A stretch of DNA of 14,420 nucleotides from positions 1 to 14,420 of the forward strand of contig CAYWGS010000007.1 of NCBI GenBank assembly GCA_964457525.1, given 5' to 3'. The position numbers and the translations under genes are program-made. Source of the DNA: an uncultured Erysipelotrichaceae bacterium (lineage in GTDB: Bacteria; Bacillota_I; Bacilli_A; Erysipelotrichales; Erysipelotrichaceae). Shown here in pieces: positions 10,971 to 14,420 of the stretch. Positions within the stretch are counted from its first letter, which is position 1; every line of letters begins with the position of its first letter. The notes under the pieces are model-generated. The model searched no databases and was not told the DNA's origin. It saw only the letters and a program-made list of their open reading frames with translations.

Positions 10971-11420
10971 ATGAAAAACACAATATACAGTTTGGATTTT
11001 GAAGACTTAGGACAAGAAACTTGGACAGGTGGAGCGTATACCTATGATTTACCTCAAGGGAAATCATTGTCATCATCAGTTTATGTACTTAAACCAGGTA
11101 AAACCTCTGGCTTATATCATTATCATCATGGCACAGAAGAAATGTTGATTATGATCAAAGGAACTCCGCTACTAAGATTACCAAATGAAACTCGTCGATT
11201 ATTAGAAGGTGAGGTTGTAACTTTTGGGATTGGGCCTGAAGGTTCGCACCAAGTTATAAATGATACCAATGAAGAGGTCAGAATGGTTTTTATTGGATAC
11301 GAGACATCACCTGATGTAGTTGAATATCCTGATGAAGGGTTAATCTCAGTAATGGCGAAAACAAAATCTCAAAATGGTGAGTATTTGTGGGATATTAGAG
11401 AAGTAAAAGAAAACAAATAA
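10971..11420 (+). CDS. Small single-domain cupin protein (metal-binding cupin_2-like), function unknown
   Basis: 149 aa. Cupin motif 1 is HYHHGTEEMLIMIKG and motif 2 is GPEGSHQVIN. The ATG lies 2 nt after the serS stop with no SD in the preceding 20 nt, which implies translational coupling. Confidence 0.8.
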   Translation: MKNTIYSLDFEDLGQETWTGGAYTYDLPQGKSLSSSVYVLKPGKTSGLYHYHHGTEEMLIMIKGTPLLRLPNETRRLLEGEVVTFGIGPEGSHQVINDTNEEVRMVFIGYETSPDVVEYPDEGLISVMAKTKSQNGEYLWDIREVKENK

Positions 11421-11436
11421 TGTTTCACGTGAAACG
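11421..11436. repeat. Palindromic element TGTTTCACGTGAAACG (copy 2), between the cupin stop and the SRP RNA promoter -35
   Basis: It starts 1 nt after the cupin TAA (11418-11420) and ends 1 nt before TTGAAA (11437-11442). The 14-bp core GTTTCACGTGAAAC is a perfect palindrome. Confidence 0.9.
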
Positions 11437-11465
11437 TTGAAATATTCAGTAAGCTTATGTATAAT
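11437..11465 (+). promoter_or_regulatory. Sigma-70-type promoter of the SRP RNA gene
   Basis: -35 TTGAAA at 11437-11442, a 17-nt spacer, and -10 TATAAT at 11460-11465. The predicted TSS at about 11472 coincides with the first paired base of the SRP RNA. Confidence 0.6.
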
Positions 11466-11471
11466 AAATGA

Positions 11472-11550
11472 GCTGCTACAATGCAATCCTTTGAACCAGG
11501 TCAGGGTCGGAAGACAGCAGCCTTAATAGGCTCTTGCATGTGTGGCAGCC
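11472..11550 (+). ncRNA. ffs: Signal recognition particle RNA, small (4.5S-type, domain IV hairpin only, about 80 nt)
   Basis: ACCAGGUCAGGGUCGGAAGACAGCAGCC matches the universally conserved SRP helix 8 motif (E. coli 4.5S: ACCAGGUCAGGUCCGGAAGGAAGCAGCC), with a GGAA tetraloop at 11509-11512. The 5' arm GCUGCUACAAUGCAA pairs with the 3' arm UUGCAUGUGUGGCAGC. A T5 run follows at 11551-11555. Placement near tadA and dnaX resembles scr in B. subtilis. Confidence 0.9.
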
Positions 11551-11569
11551 TTTTTATATGATTTAAACA

Positions 11570-12031
11570 ATGGAACACATTAAATATATGAAGTTAGCGC
11601 TTAAAGAAGCGCAAAAAGCGTATGAACTCGATGAAGTACCGATTGGTGCAGTTATTGTAATGGATGGGAAAGTCATCGCAAAGGCACATAACTTAAGAGA
11701 GAAGAATCAAAGTGCGACTGCTCATGCGGAAGTGCTCGCAATCAATAAAGCGTGTAAGAAACTTGGGACATGGAGACTTAATAATTGTGTGCTCTATGTA
11801 ACGCTCGAACCTTGTACAATGTGTGTAGGTGCAAGTATCCTTTCTAGAGTCGATGGAATTGTGTTTGGGGCTAAAGATCCTAAAGGGGGTAGTTTGGGTT
11901 CTTTATATGATATTTCACTCATAAATGGGTTTAATCATTATCCTTGGATAAAATCTTCGGTATGTGAAGATGAATGTTCAAATATATTAAAATTATTCTT
12001 TAAAAATAAACGTAAAAAACGATTGGAGTAA
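11570..12031 (+). CDS. tadA: tRNA-specific adenosine(34) deaminase TadA
   Basis: 153 aa. CDA-fold zinc motifs are HAEVLAI and EPCTMCVGA. From memory, the sequence appears co-linear with B. subtilis TadA from the first residues (VPIGAVIV...AHNLRE...GTWRL...LYVTLEPC). Confidence 0.93.
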   Translation: MEHIKYMKLALKEAQKAYELDEVPIGAVIVMDGKVIAKAHNLREKNQSATAHAEVLAINKACKKLGTWRLNNCVLYVTLEPCTMCVGASILSRVDGIVFGAKDPKGGSLGSLYDISLINGFNHYPWIKSSVCEDECSNILKLFFKNKRKKRLE

Positions 12032-12034
12032 GGG

Positions 12035-12062
12035 AATAGGGTATAAGTTATACCCTATTTTT
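12035..12062 (+). terminator. Rho-independent terminator after tadA
   Basis: AATAGGGTA (12035-12043) pairs with TACCCTATT (12051-12059), followed by a T-run to 12062. Confidence 0.8.
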
Positions 12063-12070
12063 GTTATAAT
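12062..12070 (+). promoter_or_regulatory. Extended -10 promoter (TGtTATAAT) for dnaX-recR
   Basis: TGTTATAAT at 12062-12070 overlaps the end of the terminator T-run and lies 21 nt upstream of the dnaX ATG. Confidence 0.55.
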
Positions 12071-12090
12071 AGAAACTAAGAGAAACAGCT

Positions 12091-13884
12091 ATGACTTATA
12101 AATCTTTATACAGAACGTATCGTCCACATTCGTTTGAAACGGTAGTCGGGCAAAGGCATATTATTCAAACATTACAAAATGCATTAAAGACAAATAAAAT
12201 GTCTCATGCATATCTTTTCTGTGGTCCAAGAGGTACAGGAAAAACAACAGTCGCAAAACTTGTGGCTAAATCAGTAAACTGTCTAAATCCTGAAAAGGCT
12301 CCTTGTAATGAGTGTGAACATTGCAGAACGATCCAGAATGGAACACATCCAGATGTTATTGAAATCGATGCCGCAAGTAATAATGGTGTTGATGAGATCC
12401 GTGATTTAATTGAAAAGGTTAAATATGCACCGATTCAAGCAAAATATAAAGTTTATATCATTGATGAAGTCCATATGTTATCACAAGGTGCTTTTAATGC
12501 GTTGTTAAAGACATTAGAAGAACCTCCTTCACATGTTATTTTCATTTTAGCCACAACCGAACCTCATAAAGTGCTTCCAACCATTATTTCCAGATGCCAA
12601 AGATATGATTTCGTACGGGTTAATCGTAAAGATATTCAAACAAGAATTGAAGAAGTTCTAAAAGCAGAGAAAATCACGTATGAACCAGAGGCTATACGGC
12701 TAATTAGTCAATTAGCAGATGGTGGTGTTCGTGATGCATTAAGTATTCTTGAACAATGCATTGCGTACAGTGGAAATCACTTATTAGCTGAACATGTAAA
12801 TGATATTTATGGCATCGCCACAACTCAAGATAAATTAAAACTATTAAACGCAATAATTACAGTTGATGTTGGTCTTTTAATGCAAGAAATAGAGATTATT
12901 ACACGAAAAAATATAGATATTCGTAGATTAACGAATGATTTAATGGAGTTGTTAAAAGAATCTGTTGTTTATAGTTTTACTAAAGATGAGAAACTTATAA
13001 ACAAACTAACAGTAGATGAAGCGAAATCATTGAATGCAATTCCTAATTCTATTGCGTTAAGTATGATTGAAGATTTAATGGATACAGCTGAGAAGTATCG
13101 TAGTGCTTCAAACCTTTTATCCTATTTTGAGATTGGAATGTTAAAACTACTTAGTCGAGTTAAAGAACCAGCTCAAACTGTAAGTGTTAAAGACGTAAGT
13201 AAAGAAGAAGTTAAACCAGTAGAAACTGTTAAAAAAGTTGTAGTAAACAAAGTTGAAGAGATTGAAAAACCTGTTCAAGTTGTTGAAAGTATTAAAGAAG
13301 TAGAACCTGAACCAATTATCCCAGTTCAAGAACCAACCGAAGATCTACAGTTTGAATCAGTTGAGATTGAAGATCTAAAACCTAAACCAAAAAAGAAGAA
13401 GGTTTTAAGTAAAGTTGAGTCTCATGATCAAAACACGATTCTCAGTCTGCTTAATTCAGGGGATAAGCAAAAACGTTTAGAGATTAATGCTAAATGGAAT
13501 ACTATTCAATCCTACCTAACTGATTTAAAATATGGAAGAGTAGCACAGATACTTGTTAATGCGACACCAATCGCATTAAATGAGGGGTTTGTTGTGTTGA
13601 GTCATACCGATAAACTTTATGTAAATGAATTAAATAGTGAAGATAATCAAGAATTGATTGAAGACTTCACTCAATTCCTTTTTGGAATAGAAATGAGAGC
13701 ATTTGCAGTAGATGCACAAAGCGTTAATGAATTAATGGTGGAATTTAAACGACTACATGCCGAAAATAATCTTCCAGAACCAATGGTATTTGAAAAGAAG
13801 AAGAAAAAAGTAGTTAAACCAACTGAATCCATCGAAAAGGGTTTGTTTGAATTGTTTGGTGAAGAGAATGTGGAGATTATCTAG
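12091..13884 (+). CDS. dnaX: DNA polymerase III subunit tau (clamp-loader DnaX)
   Basis: 597 aa. Motifs: FETVVGQRHI, Walker A GPRGTGKTT, Zn module CLNPEKAPCNECEHC, Walker B IIDEVHML, and SRC motif ISRCQRY. A V/E/K/P-rich linker spans residues about 355-437. The C-terminal tau-specific domain ends LFGEENVEII. Stop TAG at 13882-13884. Confidence 0.96.
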   Translation: MTYKSLYRTYRPHSFETVVGQRHIIQTLQNALKTNKMSHAYLFCGPRGTGKTTVAKLVAKSVNCLNPEKAPCNECEHCRTIQNGTHPDVIEIDAASNNGVDEIRDLIEKVKYAPIQAKYKVYIIDEVHMLSQGAFNALLKTLEEPPSHVIFILATTEPHKVLPTIISRCQRYDFVRVNRKDIQTRIEEVLKAEKITYEPEAIRLISQLADGGVRDALSILEQCIAYSGNHLLAEHVNDIYGIATTQDKLKLLNAIITVDVGLLMQEIEIITRKNIDIRRLTNDLMELLKESVVYSFTKDEKLINKLTVDEAKSLNAIPNSIALSMIEDLMDTAEKYRSASNLLSYFEIGMLKLLSRVKEPAQTVSVKDVSKEEVKPVETVKKVVVNKVEEIEKPVQVVESIKEVEPEPIIPVQEPTEDLQFESVEIEDLKPKPKKKKVLSKVESHDQNTILSLLNSGDKQKRLEINAKWNTIQSYLTDLKYGRVAQILVNATPIALNEGFVVLSHTDKLYVNELNSEDNQELIEDFTQFLFGIEMRAFAVDAQSVNELMVEFKRLHAENNLPEPMVFEKKKKKVVKPTESIEKGLFELFGEENVEII

Positions 13885-14420
13885 ATGTACCCAAACGTTT
13901 TACTAACTCTAATCGAAAATTTAAGAAAATTACCGGGTGTAGGGGCTAAAACTGCGGAACGTTATGCGTTTGCGCTTTTAAATTTGTCAGATGAAGAGAT
14001 TCAAGTAATGGCCAAAGCACTGACGGATTCCAAGTCAAAATTACATTTTTGCCCTATCTGTGGGAATATTACGGACAAGGATACTTGCATGATTTGCTCA
14101 GATGATAAACGTGATCACTCGACAATCTGTGTTGTTCAAGATGTTAAGGATGTCATTGCGATTGAGAGAATCAAACAATATAAAGGTGTTTATCATGTAT
14201 TACACGGTGTTATTTCCACATCAAAAGGAATTATGCCAGATGATTTAAGTATTGATTCACTCGTTAGTCGTGTGAGTGAAAATGTAGAAGAAGTTATACT
14301 CGCCACTAACCCTACAGTTGAAGGGGAAATGACGGCTTTATATCTTGCGAAACGATTAGAAAGTAAAGTAGGTAAGATTACTCGTTTAGCTCATGGTTTA
14401 CCGATGGGGGCACATATGGA
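13885..14420 (+). CDS. recR: Recombination protein RecR, 5' portion (runs off the window end)
   Basis: This ORF is not in the supplied track because no stop is reached. The ATG at 13885 directly abuts the dnaX TAG, and an SD GGAG lies at 13872-13875. The translation MYPNVLLTLIENLRKLPGVGAKTAERYAF has the HhH motif, CPICGNITDKDTCMIC is the C4 zinc finger, and the Toprim region is VVQDVKDVIAIE...ILATNPTVEGE. Confidence 0.95.
   Translation, partial: MYPNVLLTLIENLRKLPGVGAKTAERYAFALLNLSDEEIQVMAKALTDSKSKLHFCPICGNITDKDTCMICSDDKRDHSTICVVQDVKDVIAIERIKQYKGVYHVLHGVISTSKGIMPDDLSIDSLVSRVSENVEEVILATNPTVEGEMTALYLAKRLESKVGKITRLAHGLPMGAHM

Noticed and set aside
13147-13329. Minus-strand ORF (60 aa, F/N-rich) antisense to the dnaX linker, and the repetitive GTTGAA/GTTAAA-rich DNA of this stretch
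   Set aside because: The ORF is the reverse complement of the V/E/K-rich low-complexity linker of DnaX. The repetitiveness is codon-level compositional bias, not a tandem repeat, CRISPR array or separate gene.
13803-13810. Second A-run in dnaX (aaG AAA AAA Gta) as an alternative slippery site
   Set aside because: The heptamer is not in X_XXY_YYZ phase with identical X bases (G AAA AAA). It lies near the extreme C-terminus, where a shift would have little consequence.

Overview
This is a low-GC bacterial chromosome segment lying immediately clockwise of the replication origin. All genes are on the + strand, in this order: dnaA (3' part), a short oriC-type spacer, dnaN, yaaA, recF, gyrB and gyrA. 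Next comes a 7TM-GGDEF-hemerythrin diguanylate cyclase. After that are a T-box(Ser) leader, serS and a small cupin, then a minimal SRP (4.5S-type) RNA and tadA, then dnaX and recR (5' part, running off the window). The synteny is Bacillus-like, so this is a Bacillota-type origin region. TGA is used as a stop (end of the GGDEF gene) and no conserved gene carries an in-frame TGA, which argues for genetic code 11 rather than the Mycoplasma code. The very short SRP RNA and the AT-richness suggest an Erysipelotrichia- or Acholeplasma-like lineage, but I cannot establish that from the sequence alone. Intergenic regions are compact and almost fully explained by three intrinsic terminators each followed directly by an extended -10 promoter, one complete T-box riboswitch and one SRP RNA gene. 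I see no mobile elements, CRISPR array, toxin-antitoxin or defence-type genes, and no convincing novel multi-gene system; the window is essentially core housekeeping. Seven points deserve a second look, all at moderate interest:
1. The membrane GGDEF-hemerythrin signalling protein inserted between gyrA and serS is probably translated from a leaderless mRNA.
2. An in-phase A_AAA_AAG heptamer in dnaX sits at the same relative position as the E. coli tau/gamma frameshift site, with a -1 frame stop five codons later.
3. An exact 15-nt palindromic element occurs twice, bracketing the serS-cupin unit.
4. The cupin ORF appears translationally coupled to serS.
5. tadA abuts the SRP RNA with no promoter or SD of its own.
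6. ybaB/ebfC is absent between dnaX and recR.
7. The dnaA-dnaN spacer carries DnaA boxes and a (TAA)4 trio-like repeat.
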